This document shows, one piece after another, positions 1-13,232 of a stretch of DNA of 64,000 nucleotides. Position 1 is the first letter of the stretch; each line of letters starts with the position of its first letter. The position numbers and the translations under genes are program-made. The DNA is from Heterodontus francisci (taxonomy: Eukaryota): assembly GCF_036365525.1 (NCBI RefSeq), contig NC_090413.1:24660601-24724600 (forward strand). Direction: 5' to 3'. The notes beneath the pieces were generated by a model. It was not told the DNA's origin. It did not search any database and saw only the letters and a program-made list of their open reading frames with translations.

Positions 1-84
1 TGTTAATAGGGTGAGATGAAGAAGGGGGGGGGGGGCGGGTAGGAGGCTCACGTGGAGCAAAAACACCAGCATAGACCACTCTGC

Positions 85-890
85 GCCTGCATGCAGCAAG
101 ACCTGGACAACATTCAGGCTTGGTCTGATAGGTGGCAAGTGATATTTACACCACACAAGTGCCAAACGATTACTATCTCCACTTGACATTCAATGGCATG
201 ACCATTGCGGAATCCCCCACCATCAACATCCTAAAAGCTACCATTGAGCAGTAACTTAACGGGACCAGCCTTATAAATATTGTGGCTAAAAGAGCAGGTC
301 AGAGGTTGGGAATTCTGCCGCAAGTCATCTCCTGACTCCCCAGTGTCTGTCCACCATCTACAAGGCACAAGTCAGGAGTGTGATGGAATACTCTCCACTT
401 GCCTGGATGGGTGCAGCTCCAACAACACTCAAGAAGCTCGACATCATCCAGGACAAAGCAGTCCACTTGATTGGCATCCCCATTCACCACCTTCAACATT
501 CACTCCCTTCACCACCGATGCACAGTGGCAGCAGTGTGTACCATCTAAAAGACGCACTACAGCAACTCGCTAAGGGTCATTCGACAGCCCCTTCCAAACC
601 CGCGACCTCTACTGCCTAGAAGAACAAGGACAGCAGACGCATGGGAACACCACCACCTGCAAGTTTCCCTCCAGGTTACACACAACCTTAACTTGGAACT
701 ATATCACCGTTCCTTCACTGTCGCTGGGTCAATATCCTGCAACTCCCTTCCTAACAGCACTGTGGGTGTACCTACCTCACATGGACCACAACAGTGCAAG
801 AATGCAGCTCACCACCACCTTCTCAAGAACAATTAGTGATGGACAATAAATGCTGGCCTAGCCAGCTATGTTGACATTCCACGAATGAAT
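85..890 (+). mobile_element. 3' fragment of a CR1/L2-group non-LTR retrotransposon (RT C-terminus plus 3' UTR), degenerate
   Basis: Translates in broken frames to QQDLDNIQAW...EYSPLAWMGAAPTTLKKLDIIQDKA, LINE RT C-terminal motifs; same family recurs at 28510-31205 and 11768-12050. Confidence 0.8.
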
Positions 891-2176
891 TTGTTGCGAA
901 CACTATAATACCATTAGATACCTATTCAAAAATTGTTTCAGCTGTGACTTCAGAGAAAGGGACAAGAAAACAGACGCACAAGAATAACCCCTTTAGAGCC
1001 TGGTGTTGAACAAAAAAACTACTGCTAGTGTACATGCTACACAGAGAACATCTCAAAGATGAGAGAGAGGAGTTTGATGCTGCAGTTTTTCAAGCAGGGC
1101 TATGGGGAAAGAGTAGGGGAGTGAGATTTATTGGAAAGCTCTTTTAATGAGCCGGCACAGACACGATGGGCCGAACCGCCTCTTCTGTGTTGTATCCAGA
1201 ATATGGAAACAATACGGGTATATCCAGTTCAGCACATACACGCAACTAGGAAAAAAAAAAGCCTCGAATCCCAAAACCGTGCTGGTACTCAATAGAAGCC
1301 TTTGATAAATGGCTGTTTTGTTTACAGGATTACTAAAGGTGTGTGGGAGTCTCTCGGATTACTGCTCTGTGCAACTCCACTTCATACCACTGAGCATTAA
1401 AAAGAAAATCAGCCACACCAAAACAGGTTCACGGTTCTCCGCCAAACCTGCCGAGAGAAACTAACTTCCAAACGAGAGAAGCCAAGCCCACTGGTCAGCA
1501 GAGGTAAAATCACCCAGACAAACGTCGAAATTCAGCAAAAACCCTCCCAATATAATTGCAGCCAATCTTTTACTTAGTTGTCCATTCATCCCCCCCCCCC
1601 CCCACACACAATAGTGGAAAGCGCCAACACAAGGCTTTAAAGCAAATTAGCTTCGTTTTTTTCAAAAAATGTGATTTGGAAAAAGCTCCAGTATTAGTGG
1701 GGTTGTGTCTGTGTGCCTTTTATAATGTTTGTAGACAACAGAAAAAGTACAGCGATCAAGGGCTGAGTATCTCCCCTAAAATAGTCACTTGAACAAGACT
1801 GGAAACTCGATTCCTTCACAACTCAAAAGAGTCAGTTCTCAAACAACAATTGAAAAAAAATCCCAACAAATCCTTTCTACCTGGCAAGGAGTGCTGAAAG
1901 TGTCTCCCTTTACTACAATAAATACAACAACACACAAGAAGTGAGGAAGAAATAAAATAAAAACAAGTTTTGTTAAAAGTTCTGAACTTTTAAGAAATTA
2001 ACTGGGATCAAACTTTTTTTGTTTTAAAAAAAACTTTCTTGGGTCGGATCTCAAAGCGACAAACCTCGCGATTCTCTCTCTCGCATCCTCCCCAAATACA
2101 ACACGGCAGAAAATTCGCCATCTCCCTTCCCATCAACATCTTTATTCCTTACTTTTTTTTAAAAAATAACACTCAC

Positions 2177-2200
2177 CCAAAGCTCCGAGCCCCACTCCAT
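2177..2200 (-). CDS. TRIP10: First coding exon (MEWGSELW) of an F-BAR protein of the CIP4/TRIP10-FNBP1-FNBP1L family; the rest of the gene lies beyond the left window edge
   Basis: Minus strand reads ATG GAG TGG GGC TCG GAG CTT TGG then gtgagt donor (2176-2171). Matches the 24-nt first exon MDWGTELW (TRIP10) / MSWGTELW (FNBP1, FNBP1L). Acidic residue 2 and linkage to GPR108 favour TRIP10. Confidence 0.8.
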
Positions 2201-2530
2201 AATGCTTTAACTTCTCCTTAATTCTGGCTGGCAAGGAGGAGACAAATAGACCAGGAGACGCTTTCAGCTTCTTTTTTTGGGGGGGGGGGGTTCTTTTTGG
2301 TTTCCTCTCTCGGCTCGTCCGCTCTCTTGTCCTATTTTAAATTTTGATTGTGAAAACTCCTCTTTTATGAATGAGGTTGCTGGGTTTCTCCACAAGCTGT
2401 AAACATTTCCCACTCCCCCCCCCAGCCTCTGGTTAATTTCAAGCTACCACTTTTTCCCTGCGCTGCGCAGACTGCGCGTCACTGACACCAACTCGCCTCC
2501 AAAAAAAGCTCAACTGCGCCTCACTCCAAT
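2201..2530 (-). promoter_or_regulatory. Probable 5' UTR/proximal promoter of the TRIP10-like gene
   Basis: Non-repetitive, locally CpG-enriched stretch (e.g. GCGCTGCGCAGACTGCGCGTC near 2460) directly upstream of the ATG exon; TSS not definable from sequence. Confidence 0.45.
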
Positions 2531-3047
2531 CTTCCAAGGCACAGCAAGCACCCCTAACTCCACTCAGTCTACCTACGATGCAAGGGTTGGCTTCTGGTTG
2601 AGCGTTGCCTGCAATAAGGTGTACAAGGCTGATGCTATTGGAAGGAACACCCTCCTCCCCTCCCCTCCCCTCCCCTCTTCAAGGCGATTCACTTTCAGCA
2701 GTGCAAAAGAGGTTGTGTTACAACATGTACTTGCATTTACATAGCGCCGTTAACAGAGTAAACCGTCCCCTTTTTTTCTTTAATAAAAGCTAAATACTGC
2801 AGATGCTGGAAATCTGAGTTTTTTTTCTTTACTCTGTATCTAACCCTTTTTTTTTGTAGAGGAAGCTTTACTCGATCTCACCCCTTCTTCTTTCTCTGTA
2901 TCTCACCCTTTTTTTTAAGGAAGCCTTTCAACTCCAGGCCCCTTTTTATATATTATTTGTCGAGAGGGCTGTAAACCGTCCCCTTAAGGCGCTTTAAACT
3001 CAATTGGCCACTGAGCCATGTACGGAGATATTAGGACAGGCAGTTTC

Positions 3048-3443
3048 CCACTCCAGGACTTGAGCACAGAAACCTAGGCTGACACTCCCATTGCAACACT
3101 GCGCTGTTGGAGGTGCTGTCTTTCAGATGAGACTGTTAGACCGAAACCCGCATCTGCCCTCTCAGGTGGACATAAAAGATTCTATTGCACAAATTTGAAG
3201 AAGGTCAGGGGCGTTCTCCCCATTGTCCTGGGCCAATATTTATCCCTCAACATCAGTATCAAAATACAAGATTATCTGCTCATTGTCACATTGCTGCTTG
3301 CGGGAGCTTGCTGTGCAAAAATTGGCCATAGCGTTTCCTACATTACAAAAGTGACTGCACTTCAAAAGTACATATTCGGCTGTAAAGAGCTTTGGGACGT
3401 CCTGAGGTTGTGAAAAGTGCTATAGAAATGCAAGTTTATTCTT
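3048..3443 (+). mobile_element. Deu-domain SINE (SacSINE1-like), 5' truncated
   Basis: GAGGTGCTGTCTTTCAGATGAGAC...TGTCCTGGGCCAATATTTATCCCTCAA core and 3' tail GCTATAGAAATGCAAGT; many copies in window. Confidence 0.7.
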
Positions 3444-3554
3444 AAGGGCCGAATGGCCTTCTGTGCCTTCAGACTATAAGAAGTATTTTAAAAGAGGAGA
3501 GAGAGGTAGAGAGTTGGAGAGGTTTCGGGGAGGAATTCCAGAGCGTGGCAACTG

Positions 3555-5262
3555 AAGAACAAAGAACAAAGAAAATTACAGCACAGGAACAGGCCCTTCG
3601 GCCTTCCAAGCCTACGCCGATCCAAATCCTCTATCTAAACCTGTCGCCTATTTTCTAAGGGTCTGTATCTCTTTACTTCCTGCCCATTCATGTATCTGTC
3701 TAGATACATCTTAAAAGATGCTATCGTGCCCGCGTCTACCACCTCCACTGGTAATGCGTTCCATGCGCCCACCACCCTCTGCGTAAAGAACTTTCCACGC
3801 ATATCCCCCCTAAACTTTTCCCCTCTCACTTTGAACTCGTGACCCCTAGTAATTGAATCCCCCACTCTGGGAAAAAGCTTCTTGCTATCCACCCTGTCTA
3901 TACCTCTCATGATTTTGTACACCTCAATCAGGTCCCCCCTCAACCTCCGTCTTTCTAATGAAAATAATCCTAATCTACTCAACCTCTCTTCATAGCTAGC
4001 GCCCTCCATACCAAGCAACATCCTGGTGAACCTCCTCTGCACCCTCTCCAAAGCATCCCCATCCTTTTGGTAATGTGGCGACCAGAACTGCACGCAGTAT
4101 TCCAAATGTGGCCGAACCAAAGTCTTATACAACTGTAACATGACCTGCCAACTCTTGTACTCAATACCCCGTCCGATGAAGGAAAGCATGCCGTATGCCT
4201 TCTTGACCACTCTAAACACCTGCGTTGCCACCTTCAGGGAACAATGGACCTGAACACCCAAATCTCTCTGTACATCAATTTTCCCCAGGACTTTTCCATT
4301 TACTGTATAGTTCACTCTTGAATTGGATCTTCCAAAATGCATCACCTCGCATTTGCCCTGATTGAACTCCATCTGCCATTTCTCTGCCCAACTCTCCAGT
4401 CTATCTATATTCTGCTGTATTCTCTGACAGTCCCCTTCAGTATCTGCTACTCCACCAATCTTAGTGTCGTCTGCAAACTTGCTAATCAGACCACCTATAT
4501 TTTCCTCCAAATCATTTATGTATATCACAAACAACAGTGGTCCCAGCACGGATCCCTGTGGAACACCACTGGTCACACGTCTCCATTTTGAGAAACTCCC
4601 TTCCACTGCTACTCTCTGTCTCCTGTTGCCCAGCCAGTTCTTTATCCATCTAGCTAGTACACCTTGGACCCCATGCGCCTTCACTTTCTCCATCAGCCTA
4701 CCATGGGGAACCTTATCAAACGCCTTACTGAAGTCCATGTATATGACATCTACAGCCCTTCCCTCATCAATCAACTTTGTCACTTCCTCAAAGAATTCTA
4801 TTAAGCTGGTAAGACATGACCTTCCCTGCACAAAACCATGTTGCCTATCACTGATAAGCCCATTTTCTTCCAGATGGGAATAGATCCTATCCCTCAGTAT
4901 CTTCTCCAGTTGCTTCCCTACCACTGACGTCAGGCTCACCGGTCTATAATTACCTGGATTTTCCCTGCTACCCTTCTTAAGCAAGGGGACAACATTAGCA
5001 ATTCTCCAGTCCTCCGGGACCTCACCCGTGTTTAAGGATGTTGCAAAGATATCTGTTAAGGCCCCAACTATTTCCTCTCTCGCTTCCCACAGTAACCTGG
5101 GATAGATCCCATCCGGACCTGGGGACTTGTCCACCTTAATGCCTTTTAGAATACCCAACACTTCCTCCCTCCTTATGCCGACTTGACCTTGAGTAATCAA
5201 ACATCTGTCCCTAACCTCAACATCCGTCATGCCCCTCTCCTCGGTGAATACCGATGCAAAGT
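3555..5262 (-). mobile_element. CR1 (HER1-like) LINE, 5' truncated, uninterrupted 531-codon RT frame (3635-5230)
   Basis: RT motifs PGPDGI, NYRPVSLTS, DFSKAFDKV, GVPQGSVLGP, KFADD, RPHLEY; CR1-type 3' UTR and short tandem-repeat tail (AAGAACA units on + strand at ~3555). Confidence 0.95.
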
Positions 5263-5345
5263 ATAGTCACCAATGGTAATGAAAATTGGGGATGCACAAG
5301 AGGCTAGAGTTGGACAGCACAGAAGTCTTGGAGGGTTATAGGACT

Positions 5346-5693
5346 GAATCATAGAGTCATAGACAGATACAGCACTGAAACAGGCCCTTTGGCCCACCGA
5401 GTCCGTGCTGACCAACAACCACCCATTTTATACTAATCCTACATTAACCCCATATTCCCTACCTCATCCCCACCTCCCCTCAATTTTCCTACCACTTACC
5501 TACAGTAGGGGCAATTTACAATGGCCAATTTACCTATCAACCTGCAAGTCTTTGGCTGTGAGAGGAAACTGGAGCACCTGGCAGAAACCCACACAGTCAC
5601 AGGGAGAACTTGCAAACTCCGCACAGGCAGTACCCGGAACCGAATCCGGGTCACTGGAGCTGTGAGGCTGTGGTGCTAACCACTGCGCCGCCC
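5346..5693 (-). mobile_element. HE1-like tRNA-derived V-SINE
   Basis: Minus strand GGGCGGCGCAGTGGTTAGCAC head, V-domain GGAGTTTGCAAGTTCTCCCTGTG, CR1-like tail GGGCCAAAGGGCCTGTTTCAGTGCTGTATC and (TATGACTC)-type end. Confidence 0.85.
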
Positions 5694-5859
5694 TTAATGA
5701 GTGCAGATAGGGAGGGGCGAGGCCATGGAAGGATTTGAAAACAAGAATGAAGAATTTTAACACCATACATCTAGGGACAGCCATCACCAATGGAGAAAAT
5801 TGCTGATCGCGTTCAACTATGAGTACAGTTTACATCAACTAGTCCTGTAGTCCAATAAG

Positions 5860-6240
5860 CATAGAAAATGAAGGGGTGATCTAACTGGGGTGAGTAAGAT
5901 GATTCAAAGATTTGACTGGGTAGATAGAGAGAAACTATTTTCTCTAGTGAGGGTGTCCAGAACAAGGGGACATTCCCTTAAAATTAGAGCTGGGGTGATG
6001 TCAGGAAGTGCTTCTTCACACAAAGAGTAGTGGAAATCTGGAACTCCCTCCCCCAAAAAGCTGTTGCAACTAGGGGTCGATTGAAAACTTCGAAACTGAG
6101 ATTTTTTGTTCGGTAACGGTATTAAGAGTTACAAAACCAAGGCGGGTAGCTGGAGTTAAGGTTCAGATCAGCTATGTTCTAATTGGATGGCGGAACAAGT
6201 TGGAGGGGCTGAATGGCCTCCTCCTGTTCCTCTGTGTCCA
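5860..6240 (+). mobile_element. Old CR1 3' end remnant
   Basis: Degenerate ...FFTQRVV.IWNSLP coding end and 3' UTR GGGGCTGAATGGCCTCCTCCTGTTCC. Confidence 0.7.
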
Positions 6241-6947
6241 ATGCTTCAATGGAAGCTGGTAGCTTGCCAGCACCCCAATCAAATGTCCACAATGGTCCTT
6301 ATGTTTGGCTTTAGACAGTGTCAGCAGGTTATCTGACAAAGAAGGAATCATAGTTGCGCTCACCCCCTGCCCTCACTTGACAACCACACGCACTCATAGT
6401 TGCAGCACTGAGCAGGCCAGAGCACGTTGGCTGAATGTTGCCCCTCCCCTGGGATGCAGAGACGGAGTACATCAGCCTGGCTGAGACCAGATGACTCAAC
6501 TCAGACTGAGAATCAAACCAGACTCCATCCTGACCAGCAATGACTAAGGATCATTTCTAGCATTGCAGTTACCCACACACGTCCTCATTTACAGAATCTT
6601 ATAGCACAGAAGGAGGCCATTCAGCCCATCATGTCTGTGCCAGCTCTTTGAAAGAGCTATCTAATTAGTCCCACTCCCCTGTCCTTTTCCCAATAGCCCT
6701 TCACATTTCTCCTTTTTATTCAATCCCCTCTTGAAAGTTACTATTGAATCTGCTTCCAGTACCTTTTCAGGCAGTGCATTCCAGATCACAACAACTCGCT
6801 GGCTAACAAAAATTCTCATTTCCTCCTGGATTTGTTTGCCAATTATCTTAAATCTGTGTCCTCTAGTTACCGACCCTCCTGCCGGTGGAAACAGGTTCTC
6901 TTGATTTCTTCTCAATTTATTGATGCTTTCTTTTTTTTTTAAAAGAA

Positions 6948-7440
6948 AAAACTTGCATTCATAGAGTTTTCTTAACCTCAGGCCATCCCAAAGTAATTCA
7001 CAACCAATGAAGTACTTTTGAAGTGTAGTCACTGTTGTAATGTAAGGAAACCCAACTACCAACTTGTGCACAGCAAGCTCCCACAAACTGCAATGAGATA
7101 AAAGACCAAATAATGTTTTACTAATGTTGATTGAGTGATAAATATTAGCCAGGCCATCTGGAATAACACCCGTGTTCTTCTTTTCATAGTGCTGTGCGAT
7201 CTTTTATATCCATCTGAGAGGACAGGCAGGGCCTCATTTAACATCTTGTCTATTTGTATTATTATTATCCTATTTCTTGTGTTCTTATTATCTGGTGGGA
7301 AGCAGCTCAAACAGTGCAGCACCCACTCAGTACTGCACCAGAATGTCAACCTACACAATGCTCTCAGGTTTCTGATGTATGGGTTGAACCTACAGCCTTC
7401 TAACTCAGAGGTGAGTGAGAGTGTCACCAACTGAGCCAAA
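6948..7440 (-). mobile_element. Deu-domain SINE (SacSINE1-like), older copy
   Basis: Reverse complement of the 3048-3443 family including tRNA-like head near 7440. Confidence 0.65.
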
Positions 7441-8497
7441 CCTGTTGCTAATAATATTCTCTAATACTTGCAGGTCAGGAAGCATCTATGGAGAGAGGAA
7501 GGTTGGGTTAACGCTTCAGATCGATGACTTTTCCTCAGAATCCTGCGTTGTTGGCTTTAAATTATGCTTTGTGGGTTATATCAGAGGAAACAGCTATCAT
7601 TATCAGATGTAACCAGTATGGCAGTTCTGCTGGTTTGATCTATTTGATGGTGTTTCCATTTTGTAGTAGGGATGAGGAGTGTTGAGTTTGTCTATAGAAC
7701 CATCCCTCCTTTGAGGGTGAGAAAATATCAGTCATACACGGTGTGATAGAATTCCCACAATGAAATTTCTTTTAAACCTTCAGGATGGGGGTAGGGAGGG
7801 TATACATAGATCAACCAGAGCACAACTGAGCAGCCCAAGTACAAGCAACCAGAACAGATAACCTTACACCAATGCAGCCTTTAGTCCACAATGAATTTGT
7901 TTAAATTATGAGTCCAGACATTTTAAGCATTTTTGTATCGCCCTTTTACTTGCTTTGAGAATGTCGCATGTGTATCCCTCCCTGCCCAGATTGGTCATCA
8001 GCTGCCAGTCTCCTTATTCTTTGCCACTGGAATGTGGGTGCTAACTCTCTGTACATCTTCAAGACAGAGCTGGAGCAGTTTCTGATTGGTACAGAGATCG
8101 TGTCATATAGAAGAGTCAGTAGAAATTACATTTGGCACATGCGATCTTCTGGACTGATTTTGATCAGAGGGGGGCAGAGTAGACTTTTCCTGGAATATTT
8201 CTTTCCCCTATTGGCCCTGGGTTTTCCCCTGTTTTGTTTTGTCTGCCCCAGGAGATTACATGGCTGTGGGTAGGGGAAGGTATTAAGTGTCTAGTCACAA
8301 TGCTCCGGCCATCATAAGTATGTGCTGGGCTTGCTGGTCCTTTCCTGCCTGTTAATTTTGCATGTTCTTGCTCAGTTCTGCTGTATAATATGGAAACCAA
8401 ACTGCAGAAGTTGTAGAAATCTGAGATGAGTTTCCCACCTCCAGCAGACACGGTTTCTCCCTAGCTACTCTGTCAAAACTCTTCATGATTTTATGTA

Positions 8498-8765
8498 GGG
8501 CAGCACAGTGGCGCAGTGGTTAGCACCGCAGACTCACAGCTCCAGGAACCCGGGTTTGATTCTGGGTACTGCCTGTGCGGAGTTTGCAAGTTCTCCCTGT
8601 GACCGTGTGGGTTTTCGCCAGGTGCAATTGGCCATTGTAAATTGCCCCTAGTGTAAGTAGGTGGTAGGGAATATGGGATTACTGTAGGATTAGTATATAT
8701 GGGTGGTTGTTGGTCGGCACAGACTCAGTGGGCAGAAGGGCCTGTTTCAGTGCTAAATAAATAAA
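8498..8765 (+). mobile_element. HE1-like V-SINE with internal deletions
   Basis: GGGCAGCACAGTGGCGCAGTGGTTAGCAC head, B-box-like GGGTTTGATTC, V-domain and GAAGGGCCTGTTTCAGTGCT tail. Confidence 0.8.
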
Positions 8766-11523
8766 TCACATTTTTTTCACCCAAAGGGTGGTAGGGGGTC
8801 TGGAACTCACAGCCTGAAAGGGTAGTCAAGGCAGAAACCCTTAACTCATTTAAAAGTGGTCTGAATATGCACCTGATGTCCCGTAACCTCCAGGGATACG
8901 GACCAAGTGCTGAAAAATGGGATTAGGTTGGGTGGTTCATTTTTCAACAGGTGCAGACACAATGGGCAGAGTAACCTCCATCGGTGTGGTAAATTTTCCT
9001 ACATTTTCTAAATATTCAAAGTATCTGAAGAGGAGGAATGTGCAGGGATACGGGGAGAGAGCGGGGTAGTAGCAGTACGTGAATTGTTCCTTAGCAGGGT
9101 TAGCACGCACACAATGGGTCAAATGGTCTTCTTCATTGGTGTAACGATTCTATGATTCTCAGCCAGGCTGAGTGTGGGCTCGACACAACATCCCAGTAGT
9201 GTCACAAGTAAAGTTCTGGGGTCGTTACACCTGTTCAGTTGTAATACAGATAATCTACATACTTTCCTTAGTGTTAAATCAAGAGGGGTGGGAGGAGGCT
9301 TGTTTGGAGCCAAAACGATGCAGTTGGATTGAATGGTCTGTTTCTGTGCTAACCTGATGATCATATAACATTACCACAGAGAACAACAGAAAAGCTGTTG
9401 TGGAGTGCGTAGAGATTAGAAGATCCAACATCCACAACTTACAGCCTCTGTTTTCTCAACATCTTCTGAAAGGATTCACAGACAGAAACATCACATTACC
9501 CGCTCTCTAACCTTACCAAATAAACCCTCAGGGAGAATCACTTTTCTTTACTGTTCCATATCCTTTTCTTTTTAAATTTTTTTATTCCCTTGTCTTCTAC
9601 CACTAGCTCATAACAAATCCTTTTCCCAAAGTAAAAATATTAAAAAACCCAATGTGTATTTATATAGGTCCTTTAACTCAGTAAAAACGTCCCATGGCTG
9701 AGCGTAATCGGATTTTAAAAATTAACACTGAGCCAAAGAAGGAGATACGATAGTGCACGGTTAAAAGAGGCAGGTTTTAAAGGAGAGTCTTAAAGCAGGA
9801 GAGATTTAGGGAAGGAATTTCAAAGTTTAGGGCCTAGATAGCTAATACAACCACCAATGGTGGATAAAGGAAGTGGGGATGCACATGATGTCTAATTCAG
9901 AGGATTGTAGAACTTCCCTCACAAATGGACCATCTAATCGGAACAGAGGCGATTGGGGAACTGTGCCGCTTACCTAAGGCACTTGCAATCAAACTCAAAG
10001 CACACTGATGAGATGAATGACTCCCCCTCTGCTGCCTGTAAGGACTCCATGTGAAGTGACAAAATTCCCAGTGGACGGGGGCCTACAGTGTGAAACTGCC
10101 CATTATTCAGCTCAAGTTGCCGATCCCACTCGTGGCTGCTGGAGAATTGGAGAATATAATGTGCCAAAGGCATATAATCTACTGGCTGCAGTGTGTCTGA
10201 AACGGGAGAGCTTGGTGCTGACACTCGGTGTGTGAAATGGGAAGTTGCAATATTCCCCATGACTAACGTTCCTTACCTGGCTAGGACAAATATTCAGGTG
10301 ACAAAACAGATTTGCAAAAAAAACAGGTGCAAAAATAATTTACAAGGATGACAACTGTGAGGTTACAACTGTCAGGAAAGGATCAACAGGCTGGGTCTCT
10401 TTTCTCTTGAAAAGAGAAGGCTGAGGGGTAACCGGATTGAGGTTAAAATTATGAAAGATTTTGATAATCGAAAGAGAGGGAATGTTTCTAATTGTGGGGG
10501 AAGAGTGAAACTAGATGCGCTCAACATAAGATAGTCATTAAGATATTAAATAGGGAATTCAGAAGAAATTTCTTTACCCAGAGAGTGGCGAAAATGTGGA
10601 ACTCGCTACCACAAGGAGCAGTCAAGAGGTATGGTGACATAGCAGTTATGTTACTGGATTAGTAATCTTGAGGCTTCGACTAATAATTCAGAGGCATGAG
10701 TTCAAATCCCATCACAGCAGCTGGGGAATTTAAGTTCTAATAAATTAATCTGAAATTTAAAAAAAACTAAATTTTAACTCAGTAATGGTAAGTGCTGCTG
10801 TGCTTGACTCAACTTCCCTCTGAAGTGGCCTAGCAAGTCACAATGACATCAAACCATTACTCAGGGCAACTAGAGCGGAGCATTACATTCTGGACTAGTC
10901 AGCGAAGCTCGCCTCGTGAGAATTAAAAAGAAAATTAGACTTTGTTAATTGTAAGTTAGCCGCCTGTATTTTTCAGTGTGACAGTTGGCTAATTTTCAAA
11001 ATTTGTGGAAGATTTGTTTTGGGTTCCTTCGCAAGTAACACAGCCATTTGGCACAAAACCAGGAAAATCCCAGGCAGGGAATGAGATAGCTGAGCTCAAC
11101 AGGGCGAGCATTACAATTGGGACTAAGGGCCTTGTGCCAAGGACAGGAAGTTCTACCACTTCTGACTTCTACCAAATGGACCTTTTGCTGCACGGTACAT
11201 TTGTGTGAATTTCCAGTAATGCCCCAAAAGTCGAATAGTCTGCCTGGGCTGACACACAGAACATGAAGGGCGCTGCACTATAAACCAGCATGTTTGAGGG
11301 TATATTGTATAATAATTAGTACTTCCACAGATATGTTTGGAATTTACTGGAAGTATTAATTAGTGTTTTTATGCATTGAATATAATCTGGTGAATACATG
11401 CTAGTTGCTATGTACTATATAAAATTGATTGTTTAACAAATTTAAAAAAGCCTGAAGCTAACATTTTCTCAACTGGAATATTCATTGTTGCTTCCGAAAT
11501 TCAGACAGTAAAATGTAAAATCT

Positions 11524-11539
11524 GCGCCACCTAGAGGTC
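11524..11539 (-). promoter_or_regulatory. Candidate CTCF site
   Basis: Minus strand GACCTCTAGGTGGCGC closely fits the CTCF core CCASYAGRKGGCRS; lies in apparently unique intergenic sequence. Confidence 0.4.
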
Positions 11540-11767
11540 TGTAATAGTAGTGCATGTGTTCCCAATAATCTAGTCCATGCAGGAATGCAACATCAGATCT
11601 CTCACACAAATATGTGTTTTTATTTATCAATGTTTCTTTCTTGCTCCAGCTTGGGTACAGTTCAACAGGTATTCATTGTCCTTTGGTACTTGGCTCTAGT
11701 GGCTATTCTTTGTGTGAGCTTCAGCAGTAAGCATCAGCTGGCTATTCGACTACAAGGGCAGCACAAT

Positions 11768-12050
11768 TTCTTTTTATTCATGGGATGTGAATGTCTCTGA
11801 CAAGGCCAGCATTTGTTATCCATCCTTAATTGCCTAGAGAAGGCAGTAGTGAACCTGCTTCTTGAAAGGTGCAATCCATGTGGTGTAAGTACACCCACAG
11901 TACTTTTAGGGAGGGAATTCCAAGTTTTTGACCCAGTGACAGTGTAGGAACGGCGATATATTTCCAATTCAAGATGGTGTGTGGTTTGGAGGGGAACTTG
12001 CAGATGGCAGTGTTTTCATGCGTCTGCTGCCCTTGTCTTTCTAGGTGGTT
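11768..12050 (-). mobile_element. 3' end fragment of the CR1/L2-group LINE family seen at 85-890
   Basis: Reverse complement of 610-890 region. Confidence 0.7.
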
Positions 12051-13232
12051 GAGATGAGACTGTTATTCAGAGCATGACCCCTCAGCTCATTTTCCCCTTG
12101 CTCCTCCTTTCAGCACCCCTAATGCCTGCCCAGAAGGTAAGATAAAGGAAATAAATATTGAAAATTAACAAATCACCTGCAATGTGGTAAATACACTCTG
12201 CTGTGTTAGCAGGTTAATCAGGTTTGGAATGTAAGAAATAACCTGTTGCATCTAGGGGTGGGAACGTTGAGAAAGCACTTGTAACATCTCACTCACTGCC
12301 CCTTGATGAGATGATCATGTAACTCAGTCGAGAGATCCAACCCGAGACCTTCTGGTCAGTGCAGCTGTGTTAAATGTTGTCATTAACAGCTGAGACATCA
12401 AAGGTACCTGCTGTTGCAATGAAACATCCAAGAAAAATTAATTGTTACCCTGTAATTTCTGCAAGTTTAGGTAGAAATGAATATGTTTACAAGGATTAAT
12501 TATACCCTTGTGTAGGTATGTACTGGTTAATCCCCAATGCTTATTGAAATGTGCAATGATTCAGAAGCCAAATTAAAAGGGATATAAAAAATCTGAATGA
12601 AATGACTAGTTTTGACATGATGCTTAAAATAGTTTCCTCTGTTGCATTTCCATAGAACTTAAAACCAGGTTGTACCAGCTACAAAATGAGTCTTGTTCTG
12701 TGGGTTTGAGTTCTGCTTAATGAGCAGCGATGGCCACTTAACATGTTTAATTTTCACCCCGATCATTATCCTTCCTGACCCGGGGAAGCAGGTCGACAGG
12801 TGGAGATTCACCCATGGGTACAAGTCACAGGCACCGATCTCCCTCAGTTACAAATAGCCCTGAAAGCTGTCCGATTAGCACAAAACTCCAACCGATTCAC
12901 AAATATATTTCAGGGAAGGGAAAATGCCACCCCTACGTGGTCTGGGCTTTGTGAGCCTCTCTAGTCTACACACTTTTAATGGGCTCTGAAGTGGCCTAGC
13001 AAGCCACTCAAACCGTAAAAATAGCTGAAGTCGGCCCATCATGGGATGGGCAATATATGTGTGACCTTGCCAGCAATATCCTCATTCAGAGAGCAAATTA
13101 AGAAAAAGGAATGGTAAACAGTACATAACTTTTTGATTGTTACTAAGCAAGGAAAAACAGGATGCAATTAAATACAAATGAAAAGGCGCAAAAACATGTC
13201 ACAGTCACAATCAAAGGAATGTCTACTCCACT

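Noticed and set aside
8498-8570. tRNA genes at SINE heads (also ~33700, ~47990, ~14260)
   Set aside because: A/B boxes are followed by SINE bodies and no complete cloverleaf is evident.
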